NCBI GenBank assembly: GCA_035302925.1
Contig: DATGSG010000123.1
Coordinates: 11,655-75,654, forward strand
Direction of reading: 5' to 3'
Source of the DNA: Virgibacillus sp.
GTDB lineage: Bacteria; Bacillota; Bacilli; Bacillales; Amphibacillaceae
DNA length: 64,000 bases
Part shown: piece by piece, positions 1 through 11,309 of the stretch
How the letters are laid out: the number at the start of each line of letters is the position of its first letter
Position numbering within the stretch: position 1 is the stretch's first letter
The notes under the pieces: model-generated
The model's input: only the letters and a program-made list of their open reading frames with translations
Databases searched by the model: none
What the model was told of the DNA's origin: nothing
Made by a program: the position numbers and the translations under genes

Positions 1-200
1 CGAGTTAGTTTGCCACCAATCTGAAGTTTAACTTCTGCTTTCGATAAATTTAGAGCTTGGGCATCTGTATTTACGGCGATAAATTCTACACCTTCAACAC
101 CGTGCTCAATCATTCGGTTCACGGCATTATTTCCGCCGCCACCTACACCGATAACTTTAATTGTCGCTAAATGGTCTAAATCAGTATCAAATTCCAACAT
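1..200 (-). CDS. ftsZ: Cell division protein FtsZ (5' part; runs off window)
   Basis: Manual translation from ATG at 200: [34 protein letters not shown]...; AGGAGG RBS; follows ftsA. Confidence 0.97.
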   Translation of the reverse strand, partial: MLEFDTDLDHLATIKVIGVGGGGNNAVNRMIEHGVEGVEFIAVNTDAQALNLSKAEVKLQIGGKLT

Positions 201-313
201 ATTTACGTTCCTCCTAATATGCAAAATTACAAGAATTGTTGAGACTATCTAAATACGAGATTTTCATGATGGTCTTTTAAATGTAAGCAAACTTCGTACA
301 AACCGACGTTTAA

Positions 314-1606
314 TTAATCAAAAAAGTATTTGAATAGATTAGCGAATTTGGATTCTTTTTCTTTTTCTTCTTGCACTTCACTAGACTTTGACTTTGATTT
401 TGATTGTTGTCTTATTCGTCTTGGTTTCTCTTCCTGATCATTCGAAATGACTGAAGGAAATAACTCTTTTCCTTGTATCTTCGCATTAGAGTATGCAAAT
501 TGCAAGATCCCAACGCCTGCAGTAAATTGTGGCTCTCTAACACCTATGTAATCGGGTATTGCAACCCGCACATTTGCATTAAATACATCTTGGGCAAGCT
601 CAAGCGTACCAGGCATTTTCATTGTTCCACCTGTTAATACATAGCCCCCTGGTAAATCACTGTACCCCATACGATGGATCTCTCTTTCAGCATAAGCATA
701 GATTTCTTCCAATCTCGCTTCTATCATATCAGATATTTCAAGCTGGTTATAGCTTTGCTTTTCATTACTACCAATTATGGCAACGTCAAACACTTCATCT
801 TCCTGAGCATCATCAAAAAAAGCATGTCCATAATTTACTTTAACATCTTCCGCTTCTTCTGTTGATGTTTTAAGCCCGATCGATAAATCCTTTGTCACAT
901 TGTCCCCACCTAATGGAACAACGCCTGTAGCTGCTAAATGATCATTTGCATAAACAGATACGGTTGAACAACCTCCACCAACATCAATTAGTGCAATTCC
1001 GAGACTTCTCTCATCTTTAGACAAGGCAACTGTACCGGCAGCCAATGGTTGCAAACAAATATCAGCTACTTTTAAATTTGCCCCTTCTACACATTTCAGT
1101 ATATTATGTAGGACTGTCTTGGAACATGTAATAATTGTCCCTTCCATTTCCAAGCGAACACCAATCATTCCTCTTGGATCTGTAATTTCATCTAAACCAT
1201 CTACGATAAATTGCTTTGGAATAACATCTATGATATCACGCTCTGGTGGAATTGAAACAACCTGTGCACCATCGATTACACGTGTAATATCCTCATCACT
1301 TATTTCTCTGTTTTCGCTTTGAATGGCAACAACACCATGACATGGTTGTAATTGAATATGATTACCGTTAATACCGACGACTACACTATCGATTTCCATA
1401 CCGACCATTCGTTCAGCCTGTTCAACGGCACTTTTAATCGAACTCACCGTACGATCAATATCAACGATTGCGCCTTTTTTCATTCCATTGGATTTTGCAG
1501 TACCTACTCCAATAATGTTAAGTGAGTCATTTAAAACTTCGCCAATGATTACTTTAATACTCGCCGTACCAATATCAAGACTTACTAATATTTCACTGCT
1601 ATTCAC
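314..1606 (-). CDS. ftsA: Cell division protein FtsA
   Basis: SLDIGT and IDVGGG actin-fold motifs; GTG start at 1606 after GGAGGTG (ORF track start too far upstream). Confidence 0.96.
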   Translation of the reverse strand: MNSSEILVSLDIGTASIKVIIGEVLNDSLNIIGVGTAKSNGMKKGAIVDIDRTVSSIKSAVEQAERMVGMEIDSVVVGINGNHIQLQPCHGVVAIQSENREISDEDITRVIDGAQVVSIPPERDIIDVIPKQFIVDGLDEITDPRGMIGVRLEMEGTIITCSKTVLHNILKCVEGANLKVADICLQPLAAGTVALSKDERSLGIALIDVGGGCSTVSVYANDHLAATGVVPLGGDNVTKDLSIGLKTSTEEAEDVKVNYGHAFFDDAQEDEVFDVAIIGSNEKQSYNQLEISDMIEARLEEIYAYAEREIHRMGYSDLPGGYVLTGGTMKMPGTLELAQDVFNANVRVAIPDYIGVREPQFTAGVGILQFAYSNAKIQGKELFPSVISNDQEEKPRRIRQQSKSKSKSSEVQEEKEKESKFANLFKYFFD

Positions 1607-1771
1607 AACAAGGCACCTCCTCAACAGAAGCATCTGAATAAGACTTAATTGATACTCAGATGGTTTCTCTCCCTTACTATATTTCATTGCTCAATAATCT
1701 ATTATTAAATATTATTTGACAAAACTATCCATATGTATTCTATCATCTGTATTATTGTTATAATACCATGT

Positions 1772-2554
1772 TTAGTCTTGAGTTTCACTCTCTTTTTTTT
1801 CCTCATCTACTTCATTGTCAAATTCTTCAAAATAAGCACCAACTCCAATATGAATGATTCCCTTATTTCCTGAGGAAAGTTGTGAAACAATCGCTGGATA
1901 AACTTCCATTTTATTAGCGAAATCTCTAATCGTTCCATCAACTAAAAAACCATCATTCATATAAAGATAAACTCTATCTTTGTTATCCTTCGTGGGCATC
2001 CAGTGAATCTCTGAAATGATATGTAAGATGTTTTCAGGTAGATCATTTAGTTCACTTGTCATTTTCTTCAAATACTCTTTGTCTTTAAAGTCTACTAATA
2101 GTGGGGCATCACCCACTGGTTTTTCAAGTTCCTTTAAAGTTGTTCCATCTCCAATAATTGGATGGTACTTTTTGTCTACGGATAAATATCCTACTCGTTT
2201 ATGTTCCGTTAGCTCAATTTCAACTGTACGTGGTAATTTTCTACTCACTTTTACAGATGAAACGACCGGTAACTTCGAGATGTCACTTTCAATCGTTTTT
2301 AAATTAATAATCCAAATATTAGTCTGCTCTTCTAAATCACTGATCTCAATAATTTCTTCTTCTGATAAAAATGAATTCCCCTTGATTGCAACGGTCTTAA
2401 TATCACTTAGTGGAGATTGCAAATAGATGATCATTAATATCAGTAAGAAAAAGATCGAAAGATAAAATACTAAACGGCGATTGGCCTTTTTCTTACGTTG
2501 TTCTTTTAACTTAGGAATGCGATCTTGGATAGAAACAACTTTTTTTTTGCTCAT
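1772..2554 (-). CDS. divIB: Cell division protein DivIB/FtsQ
   Basis: KVVSIQDRIPKLK N-terminus, single TM, POTRA-like region; position before ftsA. Confidence 0.93.
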   Translation of the reverse strand: MSKKKVVSIQDRIPKLKEQRKKKANRRLVFYLSIFFLLILMIIYLQSPLSDIKTVAIKGNSFLSEEEIIEISDLEEQTNIWIINLKTIESDISKLPVVSSVKVSRKLPRTVEIELTEHKRVGYLSVDKKYHPIIGDGTTLKELEKPVGDAPLLVDFKDKEYLKKMTSELNDLPENILHIISEIHWMPTKDNKDRVYLYMNDGFLVDGTIRDFANKMEVYPAIVSQLSSGNKGIIHIGVGAYFEEFDNEVDEEKKESETQD

Positions 2555-2715
2555 TTCTATTTCTTCCTTTATTAAATAATTTACAACGATACTAACTCAT
2601 TTTTCAATCAATACCTTTGTCTTCTGAATTATAACATATAAACCTAGTAGACATATAGTACTTACCACAGTTTATGCTCCGATTTATTTGACAATAGCAT
2701 TCTACTGAATCACAT

Positions 2716-3828
2716 TTACACTTTTGCGTGCATGCTGATGTTTAATACAATCCCTATTGAGCATAGTGTTAACATTAATGAGGAGCCTCCATAACTCAAA
2801 AAAGGTAACGTAATCCCGGTAACAGGTATTAAACCAATAACGACACTTACATTAATCATCACTTGGATTGTCAACATGCTGATAATACCAAAAGCTGTAA
2901 ATCTTCCGAATTGATCTGGTGCTGCCAGTGCAATATTTATACCGCGCCATAATAACAATATAAAAATACCTATTACGATTGTTCCCCCGATAAATCCTAA
3001 TTCCTCGCCTAAAATGGCAAAGATGAAATCAGTCTGTGGTTCGGGTAAATAAAAGTACTTTTGTAAACTATTCCCTAAACCAACTCCCATTAAACCTCCT
3101 GGTCCGATTGCATATAAAGATTGTATAATCTGAAAACCATCTCCAAGTGGATCTTCCCATGGATTCATAAATGCCGTTATCCGACTGATTCGATAAGGAG
3201 CGGACAGAATAAGCCATACAAAGCCAATAAGCCCAATCATTCCAATTCCAATAAAATAACGCAGCTTCCCACCCGCTATAAAAATCATCAACATGCACGT
3301 TAATACGAGCACAACACCTGTCCCAAGATCTGGCTGCAACATAATAATAGCGAAGGCTGTAAATATTAACATCACTGCTGGAAAAAACACTTTTCGAAAG
3401 GACTCTATATATTTTTGATACGTTGATAAGAATGCTGCCAAGAAGATAATCAGACCTAGTTTCATAAATTCAGATGGCTGAATACTAAACACCCCGACTC
3501 CAATCCAACTTTGCGCTCCACCACGAACAATACCAATTCCCGGAATAAGTACAAGCAACAATAATACAAAACAAAAAAACAATAGTGGCTTCGCATATTT
3601 CTTCCAAAGAACATAAGGAATAAACATAATGATGATCATGGCAATTGTTCCTAGGGAAGCAAAGAATAATTGCCGCTTCACAAAGAAAAATTGGTCCGCA
3701 TACTTATATTCGGCCCATACATTTGAAGAGCTATAGATCATCACAATACCAATCCCTAATAAAATAAAAATAATCGATAATAAAAAGTAATCGGGTACAT
3801 ACCGTTTTTCATATTTTTTTTGGCTCAA
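2716..3828 (-). CDS. spoVE: SEDS protein SpoVE
   Basis: IQPSEFMK, QPDLGT, LPEPQTDFIF, LPFLSYGGSS motifs; follows murD. Confidence 0.93.
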   Translation of the reverse strand: MSQKKYEKRYVPDYFLLSIIFILLGIGIVMIYSSSNVWAEYKYADQFFFVKRQLFFASLGTIAMIIIMFIPYVLWKKYAKPLLFFCFVLLLLVLIPGIGIVRGGAQSWIGVGVFSIQPSEFMKLGLIIFLAAFLSTYQKYIESFRKVFFPAVMLIFTAFAIIMLQPDLGTGVVLVLTCMLMIFIAGGKLRYFIGIGMIGLIGFVWLILSAPYRISRITAFMNPWEDPLGDGFQIIQSLYAIGPGGLMGVGLGNSLQKYFYLPEPQTDFIFAILGEELGFIGGTIVIGIFILLLWRGINIALAAPDQFGRFTAFGIISMLTIQVMINVSVVIGLIPVTGITLPFLSYGGSSLMLTLCSIGIVLNISMHAKV

Positions 3829-3915
3829 AAAAACACCCCTCCGAAAAAATTAGGGGGTGTTCGATTGTTCCTGTTTAGCTGCTGCAGTTTTCATCATTAT
3901 AAAGAGACAAGCCCC

Positions 3916-5262
3916 CTATAATAATGTATGCATGCTATTGATAAACATGTCACCACGTTCTTCAAATGTTCGATATTGATCCCAACTCGCACATGCTGGT
4001 GATAATAAAATAACATCATGTGGTTCAGATAGAGCATAGGCCTCAACAACAGCTTCATTGATGTCTCTCACTTCCATAACTTGGATGTTTTGCTCATTGG
4101 CCAATTGGGTTAATTTCGGAGCTGTTTCACCAAATACGACCATCCCTTTAACATGCTCTAAATACGGAATTAATTCTGCAAAACGATCCCCACGATCAAG
4201 CCCACCAGCAAGTAAAATGACCGGCTGCTTAAATGATGCCAATGCCCTTTGGGTAGCTAACAGATTTGTTGCCTTTGAATCATTGTAAAACAGTCGTTCG
4301 TGAATTTTGCCAACATATTGCAAGCGATGTTTGACCCCAGAGAAAGTGGATAGCACGTCATAAATCGCCTCATTTGTAACACCATATAATTTAGCAACAC
4401 TAATTGCCGCTAAAATATTTTCAATATTATGGTTACCTACCAGAACAATATCCTGTTTATCGATCACTTTTTCTTCCTTAAAATAAAGACTGAATTCATC
4501 AACCCAGGCACCGTCAGAAAGTTGTTTCGTCACCGAAAAGGGAATTAATTTAGCTTGAGCATGTTTAGCGCCTTTAACAACCAAATCATTGTCTGCATTA
4601 TAAATGAGATAATCTTCTGCAGTTTGGTTCATAAAAACCTTGTATTTTGCTTGTTGGTATTGATCAAGGGTTTTATGATAATCAAGATGTGCCTCATATA
4701 TATTTAACAAGACAGCGACATTTGGCTTAAATGTATGGATCCCCATTAATTGAAAAGATGATAATTCAACGACCATTTTTTCTTCTTCGCGAATTTCCCT
4801 CGCTACATCTGTGGCCACTGTACCTATGTTTCCTGCCACTTTAACGCCACCCTCGCTTTTAGCTAGCATGTCGCCAACAAGCATCGTTGTTGTCGTCTTA
4901 CCATTTGAACCTGTGATTCCGATAAGCGGTCCTTCAACTAGGTTCCCTGCCAATTCAATTTCCGTCACAATAGGGATATCTCGTCCCATCGCTTCTTGTA
5001 AAATAATGTTATCATATGAGATTCCAGGGTTTTTTACGATTAAGTCAATTCCATCTAAGACAGACAAAGGGTGTGACCCCAAAACAACTTCCGCCCCTTG
5101 GTTCTTTAAATCGGTAATAAGGGCACTGCTTTCATCTGTGTTAAAGTCGTTAACTCGTACCTTTATCTGACTTGATAATAATAATTTCGCTGCTGCTGTT
5201 CCACTTTTAGCTAAGCCCAAGACAAGTACATGGGCATAAGGAAAATCATTTAGATTTTTCAA
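3916..5262 (-). CDS. murD: UDP-MurNAc-L-Ala--D-Glu ligase
   Basis: [34 protein letters not shown]; TTG start overlaps mraY TGA. Confidence 0.96.
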   Translation of the reverse strand: MKNLNDFPYAHVLVLGLAKSGTAAAKLLLSSQIKVRVNDFNTDESSALITDLKNQGAEVVLGSHPLSVLDGIDLIVKNPGISYDNIILQEAMGRDIPIVTEIELAGNLVEGPLIGITGSNGKTTTTMLVGDMLAKSEGGVKVAGNIGTVATDVAREIREEEKMVVELSSFQLMGIHTFKPNVAVLLNIYEAHLDYHKTLDQYQQAKYKVFMNQTAEDYLIYNADNDLVVKGAKHAQAKLIPFSVTKQLSDGAWVDEFSLYFKEEKVIDKQDIVLVGNHNIENILAAISVAKLYGVTNEAIYDVLSTFSGVKHRLQYVGKIHERLFYNDSKATNLLATQRALASFKQPVILLAGGLDRGDRFAELIPYLEHVKGMVVFGETAPKLTQLANEQNIQVMEVRDINEAVVEAYALSEPHDVILLSPACASWDQYRTFEERGDMFINSMHTLL

Positions 5263-6245
5263 TTCAGCCACACCTCGATATAAATACCTAAGATGGCAAA
5301 GATTAGTCCAATGGTCCAAAAGGTTGTGACAACTCGCCATTCCGACCAACCAAGTAGTTCATAATGATGATGTAGTGGGCTCATTTTAAATACTCTTCGT
5401 CCTGTAGTTTTAAATGAGATGACTTGAATAATGACCGATAGAGTTTCAATGACGAACACACCACCAATAATAATCAAGATGACTTCAAGTTTCGTTAAGA
5501 TTGCGATCCCTGCTATGGCAGCACCTAAAGCCAATGACCCTGTATCACCCATGAATACTTTTGCAGGGTGGGCATTAAAGACTAAGAAACCTAATAAAGC
5601 TCCTACCGTAGCAAGCGCAAATATAGTCACTTCACTTTGTGGCATACTCATCCATGCTAAAATACCAAATGCGCCGAAAGCGATCGCTGCTGTTCCAGCT
5701 AATAATCCATCGAGTCCATCTGTTAAATTCACAGCATTTGAAGCGCCTACTAACATAAATACAACAAGCACGGCATAAAACCAACCAAGTTCCCATTTTA
5801 TATCTGTTCCTGGGATCTGAATTGATGTATCAAATCCAACGTATCGTAATATAAAATAGAAGATAAGTCCGATCATAATTTGTCCAAGCATTTTTTGCTT
5901 CGAAGTTAAGCCTAAATTACGTTTGAAGGCAACTTTAATATAATCATCAAGAAAGCCTAGAAAACCGTATCCGACTAATGCAAATATTAATAGCCAGAGC
6001 TCATATCCGATCGGACCAACACTTACTTTTTTCACCATGATAATCGACGTAATGATAATACTAAAGACAATCATTAACCCACCCATTGTCGGTGTTCCAG
6101 CTTTTTTAAAATGGGATTTTGGCCCTTCTTCCCTAATACTTTGTCCAAACTTCAAGCGTCTTAAAAATGGAATGAGTATAGGTGATAATAGGACGGTTAT
6201 TAAAAACGCGATTGCAATTGTTATGATTAAGACATATATGTCCAC
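5259..6245 (-). CDS. mraY: Phospho-MurNAc-pentapeptide translocase
   Basis: [31 protein letters not shown]. Confidence 0.97.
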   Translation of the reverse strand: MDIYVLIITIAIAFLITVLLSPILIPFLRRLKFGQSIREEGPKSHFKKAGTPTMGGLMIVFSIIITSIIMVKKVSVGPIGYELWLLIFALVGYGFLGFLDDYIKVAFKRNLGLTSKQKMLGQIMIGLIFYFILRYVGFDTSIQIPGTDIKWELGWFYAVLVVFMLVGASNAVNLTDGLDGLLAGTAAIAFGAFGILAWMSMPQSEVTIFALATVGALLGFLVFNAHPAKVFMGDTGSLALGAAIAGIAILTKLEVILIIIGGVFVIETLSVIIQVISFKTTGRRVFKMSPLHHHYELLGWSEWRVVTTFWTIGLIFAILGIYIEVWLN

Positions 6246-6323
6246 TACAGTTTCCTCCTAAATGCAGCAACCCGTCCATAAAATCATTATGGATGTTACA
6301 CAATATAGATGCTTCTTTACAGT

Positions 6324-7688
6324 TTATTTGATCTGGATCAATTCAACAAGCGTTTCAAAATGCATACCACGTGATGCTTTAAATAATAAAAGGGTATCCT
6401 TTTTCAAATGATCTTCTAAAGCTTCCGACAATTGCTCTTTCGTTTTAAAATGCTGACAGATGATCTTCGGGTGATTCTTCTTTACTTCTGTTGAGATCTT
6501 TTCTGCTGAATATCCATATGTATACACGACCGTAATCGGTGGCTCAATGACATCCGCTACAGAAATATGATAGGTGTCAGATTGTTCCCCAAGTTCAAAT
6601 ATATCTCCAAGGATGAGAACTTTTTCCTCGAAATGGTCCATTTGCTTGATGACCTCTATCGCAGCTTTCATTGAGGTCGGTGAGGCATTATACGCATCGT
6701 TCACAAGGGATACATCATTTCTTCCTTTTAGGAGCTCAAATCGCATCCCCGTTAATTGCAAGGCATGCAATCCTATCTTGATATTGTCTTTGGAAATAGC
6801 TAATTGATTGGCAAGAGCTATTGCATAGGACGCATTTTGTGCGTGATGGTTTCCTAGCAAAGGTATATCATATACGCCATCGTCTACAATTTCAAATATT
6901 GTTTGCTTTTCCTCTACTTTTACATGCCGAACGATCATGTCGTTTGTATCATTAAATCCACAAGAAATGACATTAATTCGGTCAGGGATTCCCGCTAACA
7001 ATGGCTCATCCCCGTCAACAATCACGGTTCCATCACTCTTCATCCCATTCAGCATTTCCAGTTTTGCTTGTGTAATGCCCTCTCTCGAACCAAGATATTC
7101 GATATGGGATTCTCCTATATTTGTAATAATCGTATATGTTGGCTCACCAATTCTAGATAGCCGATCGATCTCACCATAATCACTCATACCCATTTCCAGG
7201 ATTAATACCTCTGTCCCTCTAGGCATGCTTAAAATCGTGATTGGTAAACCAATATGGTTATTTAAGTTTCCCTTTGTATAATGTGTTTTATAAGTTGTTT
7301 CAACAATTGAAGCCAGCAAATCTTTTGTAGTTGTTTTCCCATTGGAACCCGTAATCCCAACGACAAGCGGATTGACTTCTTTTCGATAGGCTATTGCTAA
7401 GTGTTGTAGAGCAACTAACGTATCCGTTACAAAGTAAATTGGTAGATTCGACGGTAAAAACGCCGGTAATGGAATGCTTTCATTCCAAATAATTGCTACC
7501 GCACCATGATCAAGGGCTTGCTTGACATGGTGATGACCATCAAAGCGATCCCCTACGAGGGGAATAAACAAGGCCTGTTGTGTTTTTGAACGGCTGTCTG
7601 TTGTCACCTCAGCAATCGACGACGAAGTCAACACATCACCTTGATAATTAGGAAATACGGTAGTAAGCCACTGTGTTGTAAAGAGCAT
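6324..7688 (-). CDS. murF: UDP-MurNAc-tripeptide--D-Ala-D-Ala ligase
   Basis: [30 protein letters not shown]. Confidence 0.94.
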   Translation of the reverse strand: MLFTTQWLTTVFPNYQGDVLTSSSIAEVTTDSRSKTQQALFIPLVGDRFDGHHHVKQALDHGAVAIIWNESIPLPAFLPSNLPIYFVTDTLVALQHLAIAYRKEVNPLVVGITGSNGKTTTKDLLASIVETTYKTHYTKGNLNNHIGLPITILSMPRGTEVLILEMGMSDYGEIDRLSRIGEPTYTIITNIGESHIEYLGSREGITQAKLEMLNGMKSDGTVIVDGDEPLLAGIPDRINVISCGFNDTNDMIVRHVKVEEKQTIFEIVDDGVYDIPLLGNHHAQNASYAIALANQLAISKDNIKIGLHALQLTGMRFELLKGRNDVSLVNDAYNASPTSMKAAIEVIKQMDHFEEKVLILGDIFELGEQSDTYHISVADVIEPPITVVYTYGYSAEKISTEVKKNHPKIICQHFKTKEQLSEALEDHLKKDTLLLFKASRGMHFETLVELIQIK

Positions 7689-9163
7689 TAGCTATTCTCC
7701 TTATTATGAATTGCTTCGCGAGCTATTTTCCGATCATCAAAATCATATTTAATCTGATTGATCTCTTGGTATGTTTCATGACCTTTTCCAGCAATTAAAA
7801 TAATATCATCATCATGGGCCAATTCTATCGCATGCTGAATGGCTGCTTTTCGATCAGGAATGACTTCATAATGATGCTGTTCCTGCCCTTTGATCATATC
7901 TTCTAAAATAGTATCTGGGTCTTCTGTCCGTGGATTATCAGCTGTAAAGAGAGCTAAATCCGCATATTGTAATGCCATATTCGCCATGAGTGGACGTTTT
8001 GCTCGATCCCGATCACCGCCACAGCCAACAACGACATAAACTTTCTGAGTAGAAAACGCTCTAATGGTTTGCAGGACATTTTCTAATGAATCAGGTGTAT
8101 GTGCATAATCAACAATAACCCCAAATCCTTGGCCTTCAACGACTTGTTCAAAGCGTCCGTCTACACCATACATTGATTCCAATGCTTCTTTAATCACAGT
8201 TAAGGGGACACCCATCGCAATCGCTGCACTACTTGCCGCAAGCATATTGTACACATTAAATAAACCAATTAAATGACTCGTAATGTCAATATTACCGACT
8301 GGTGTTTCCAAAGTAAAGCTTGTTTTGATAACGCCCTGCTTTATATTGGTCGCCATAATATCAGCTGTCCGTTCACACCCATAAGTCAATAGATGTTGTG
8401 CCGTACTTCCCTTAAATAAATCACGATAAGGGTCATCTTCGTTAATAATAGCATATTTCCTGTTTTCATTACGGTAGTTATTTCCTAATTGGGAGAATAA
8501 CAGGCTTTTAGCTCGCGCATAGTCATCCATATCTTTATGATAATCAAGATGATCTTGTGACAGATTCGTATAAACAGCCAGATCAAATTCAGTCCCATTC
8601 ACCCTCCCCATATCCAACGCATGTGAAGAGACCTCCATCATTGCGATATCAACATCTTCATCGACCATTTGTTTAAAAGTCTTTTGCAATAATAATGAAT
8701 CAGGTGTTGTATTTGTAACTGGGAACGATTGATCACCAATTTTCATTTGAATGGTACCGATTAAACCTGTCTTTTTACCGTAGTGGCTGAAGATGGCTTC
8801 AAGTAAATAAGATGTCGTTGTTTTCCCATTCGTTCCAGTAATACCGATTAATGGTAGCTTTTCGGATGGGTAATCAAAGAATTTCGCAGCAATCTTCGCT
8901 AATGAGCGCGATGTATCTGCGACGATAATTGTTGGAACAGTGACATCTAATTCTTTTTCTGCAAGAATAATCTGAGCCCCGTTTTCAATTGCTTGTTCTG
9001 CAAAATCATGCCCATCTACTGTAAAGCCTTTTATACAGACAAATAGATCGTCCGCTTGTATTTTTCGATGATCCATTTGGATCTTGTTTACTTCAAATTC
9101 ATCAAGTTGTTGAGTTGTGGTTTCATAAAAAGGTAAACTAGAAAGAAGTTCAGTTAATTTCAT
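7688..9163 (-). CDS. murE: UDP-MurNAc-dipeptide--meso-DAP ligase
   Basis: GTNGKTT, DYAHTPD, DNPR (DAP-type), AGKGHE. Confidence 0.96.
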   Translation of the reverse strand: MKLTELLSSLPFYETTTQQLDEFEVNKIQMDHRKIQADDLFVCIKGFTVDGHDFAEQAIENGAQIILAEKELDVTVPTIIVADTSRSLAKIAAKFFDYPSEKLPLIGITGTNGKTTTSYLLEAIFSHYGKKTGLIGTIQMKIGDQSFPVTNTTPDSLLLQKTFKQMVDEDVDIAMMEVSSHALDMGRVNGTEFDLAVYTNLSQDHLDYHKDMDDYARAKSLLFSQLGNNYRNENRKYAIINEDDPYRDLFKGSTAQHLLTYGCERTADIMATNIKQGVIKTSFTLETPVGNIDITSHLIGLFNVYNMLAASSAAIAMGVPLTVIKEALESMYGVDGRFEQVVEGQGFGVIVDYAHTPDSLENVLQTIRAFSTQKVYVVVGCGGDRDRAKRPLMANMALQYADLALFTADNPRTEDPDTILEDMIKGQEQHHYEVIPDRKAAIQHAIELAHDDDIILIAGKGHETYQEINQIKYDFDDRKIAREAIHNKENS

Positions 9164-9288
9164 TTTATAAACATCCTATTCTGTCATGTGATTCATTTTA
9201 AAATTCATGCTATTCAAAATGATTGTGTCTTATTCCATTTACTTTGTATTCAAGTTTATAGTTTTGTTTATTATAGCAAACTTCTATT

Positions 9289-11226
9289 CTAATCACGACC
9301 GTTTTTATTTGTTAAATATATTCTGACTTTTGAACCTTCTTCTATTTTTGTGCCTGGCTTTGGTTCTTGGTCCATAATATAATCACCTTTCCCGTCGACC
9401 TCAATGGACAGATTCGTCATATATTCCGTCAACTCCTCCTTATCCAACCCGATTAGATTAGGCACTTCAACTTTAGGTTGTTCAGGCCATAGATAATCTT
9501 TCTCCAATCCCTCAGTGCTCGGCTCTGTGCCTAATGCCATTAGGCTATCTTCAATAACGGTACCAACAATTGGCGCTGCTACAACACCACCAAATTGTAC
9601 CGTTTCTTTCGGATTATCAATAGCTATATAGACGACGATTTCCGGGTCATTAGCTGGGGCAAAGCCGATAAAAGATACAATATAATTGTTTTGAAGATAT
9701 GTTCCTCCAGGACCCACCTTTTGAGCTGTTCCTGTCTTTCCTCCAACACGATATCCGTCAACATATGCCGGTCTCCCTGTTCCTTTGGCAACAACACCTT
9801 CCAATGTTGAGCGGACCTCTTTCGATGTTTCTTCCGAAATCACTCGATCTTTCACTTTTGGTTCATGCTTTTCGATTACTTTGTCTGTTGTTGGATCAAT
9901 CCACTCATCCGCAATATACGGTTCATATAAATAACCGCCATTTATCGCTGCGGCTACCGCCATTACTTGTTGGATCGGGGTAACCGAAACTCCTTGTCCA
10001 AAAGATGTTGTCCCTAATTCCACAGGGCCAACTTGATCTAGATTAAATAAAATCCCACTACCTTCACCTTGTAAATCAATTCCTGTTTTTTTCCCAAATC
10101 CAAAGTCATTGATATAAGAGAATAGTTTTTCTTTACCAAGCATCAAACCTAAATTAACAAAACCCGGGTTACATGAGTTTTGAACAACTTCTTCATATGT
10201 TTGGTGGCCATGTCCCCCACCTTTCCAGCACCTTAACTTCGCTCCGCCTACTTTAATACTTCCCTTATCATTAAATTCATCCTCTTGTAAATCCACTGCC
10301 TTTTCTTCCAATGCCGCTGCTAATGTAATAATTTTAAATGTCGAGCCCGGCTCATACGTACTCCAGATTGGTAAATTACGATCAAATATATCTGCATCAA
10401 CATCTTGGTAATTTTCCGGATTGAAGTTCGGTCTAGATGTCATACCAAGAACACCACCGGTTTTTGGATTTACTGCAATCGCAATAGCGCCATCCGGATT
10501 ATATTTTGCATCAGCTAGATTTAACTCACGTTCCAAAATAGTTTGGACTTTCGAATCAATCGTTGTTTTCAAGTGAAGTCCATCCTCTGGGGGTTTATAT
10601 ATGTTGGCATGCTGATCAAGCTTCCCCCCTTTAGCATCAGAATAATACGATAAACTTCCATTAATACCACTTAATTTATCATCATGATATAGTTCTAACC
10701 CCATTAAACCTTGATTATCGATTCCCGTAAACCCGAGAACATGTGATAAATAATCTCCATAAGGATAATACCGCTTTGAGTCTTGCGCTAAATATACGCC
10801 ATCCAAATGAAGTGTTCTTAATAATATTTCTTGTTTATCACTAATTTTCCTTCCTTCGGGGTGCATCGTGACACTGGATTTATTTTGTGTGACATACTCG
10901 TATGCCTTCTTTACAGAAATCCCAAGGATTTCTGCTAATTTTTCAGCCGTTACTTGGGGGTCTTTAATTTGACGTGGCACAAGGATGACAGATGGTGCTG
11001 TCACATTCTCAGCTAAAACATCTCCCTTTACATCTAAAATATGTCCGCGTTCTGCGTTAAACGTAATATCACGACTCCAAGAATCAACCGCTTTACTAGT
11101 TAATTCCTCACCGATCACAAATTGGACATAACCTAAACGAAAAATAATGATCAATAAGAGTAATAAACCAAAAATAAAGACAGTAACGATTCGTTTTTTT
11201 ATTGCAACAGTGGATACATGTTTCAT
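9289..11226 (-). CDS. spoVD: Sporulation class B PBP SpoVD
   Basis: STFK, SCN, KTGT motifs, single PASTA-like C-terminus; between pbpB and murE. Confidence 0.93.
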   Translation of the reverse strand: MKHVSTVAIKKRIVTVFIFGLLLLLIIIFRLGYVQFVIGEELTSKAVDSWSRDITFNAERGHILDVKGDVLAENVTAPSVILVPRQIKDPQVTAEKLAEILGISVKKAYEYVTQNKSSVTMHPEGRKISDKQEILLRTLHLDGVYLAQDSKRYYPYGDYLSHVLGFTGIDNQGLMGLELYHDDKLSGINGSLSYYSDAKGGKLDQHANIYKPPEDGLHLKTTIDSKVQTILERELNLADAKYNPDGAIAIAVNPKTGGVLGMTSRPNFNPENYQDVDADIFDRNLPIWSTYEPGSTFKIITLAAALEEKAVDLQEDEFNDKGSIKVGGAKLRCWKGGGHGHQTYEEVVQNSCNPGFVNLGLMLGKEKLFSYINDFGFGKKTGIDLQGEGSGILFNLDQVGPVELGTTSFGQGVSVTPIQQVMAVAAAINGGYLYEPYIADEWIDPTTDKVIEKHEPKVKDRVISEETSKEVRSTLEGVVAKGTGRPAYVDGYRVGGKTGTAQKVGPGGTYLQNNYIVSFIGFAPANDPEIVVYIAIDNPKETVQFGGVVAAPIVGTVIEDSLMALGTEPSTEGLEKDYLWPEQPKVEVPNLIGLDKEELTEYMTNLSIEVDGKGDYIMDQEPKPGTKIEEGSKVRIYLTNKNGRD

Positions 11227-11261
11227 TTTCCATCCCCTTTTCCATAGGTAGGCTTGTATCC

Positions 11262-11289
11262 ACTATATGAATATACGTAACGAATAGAA
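11262..11289 (-). promoter_or_regulatory. Probable SigE promoter of spoVD
   Basis: TTCTA...CATATAGT on the minus strand; spoVD is SigE-controlled in B. subtilis. Confidence 0.5.
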
Positions 11290-11309
11290 CACTGTCTTAT
11301 GAATGAATT

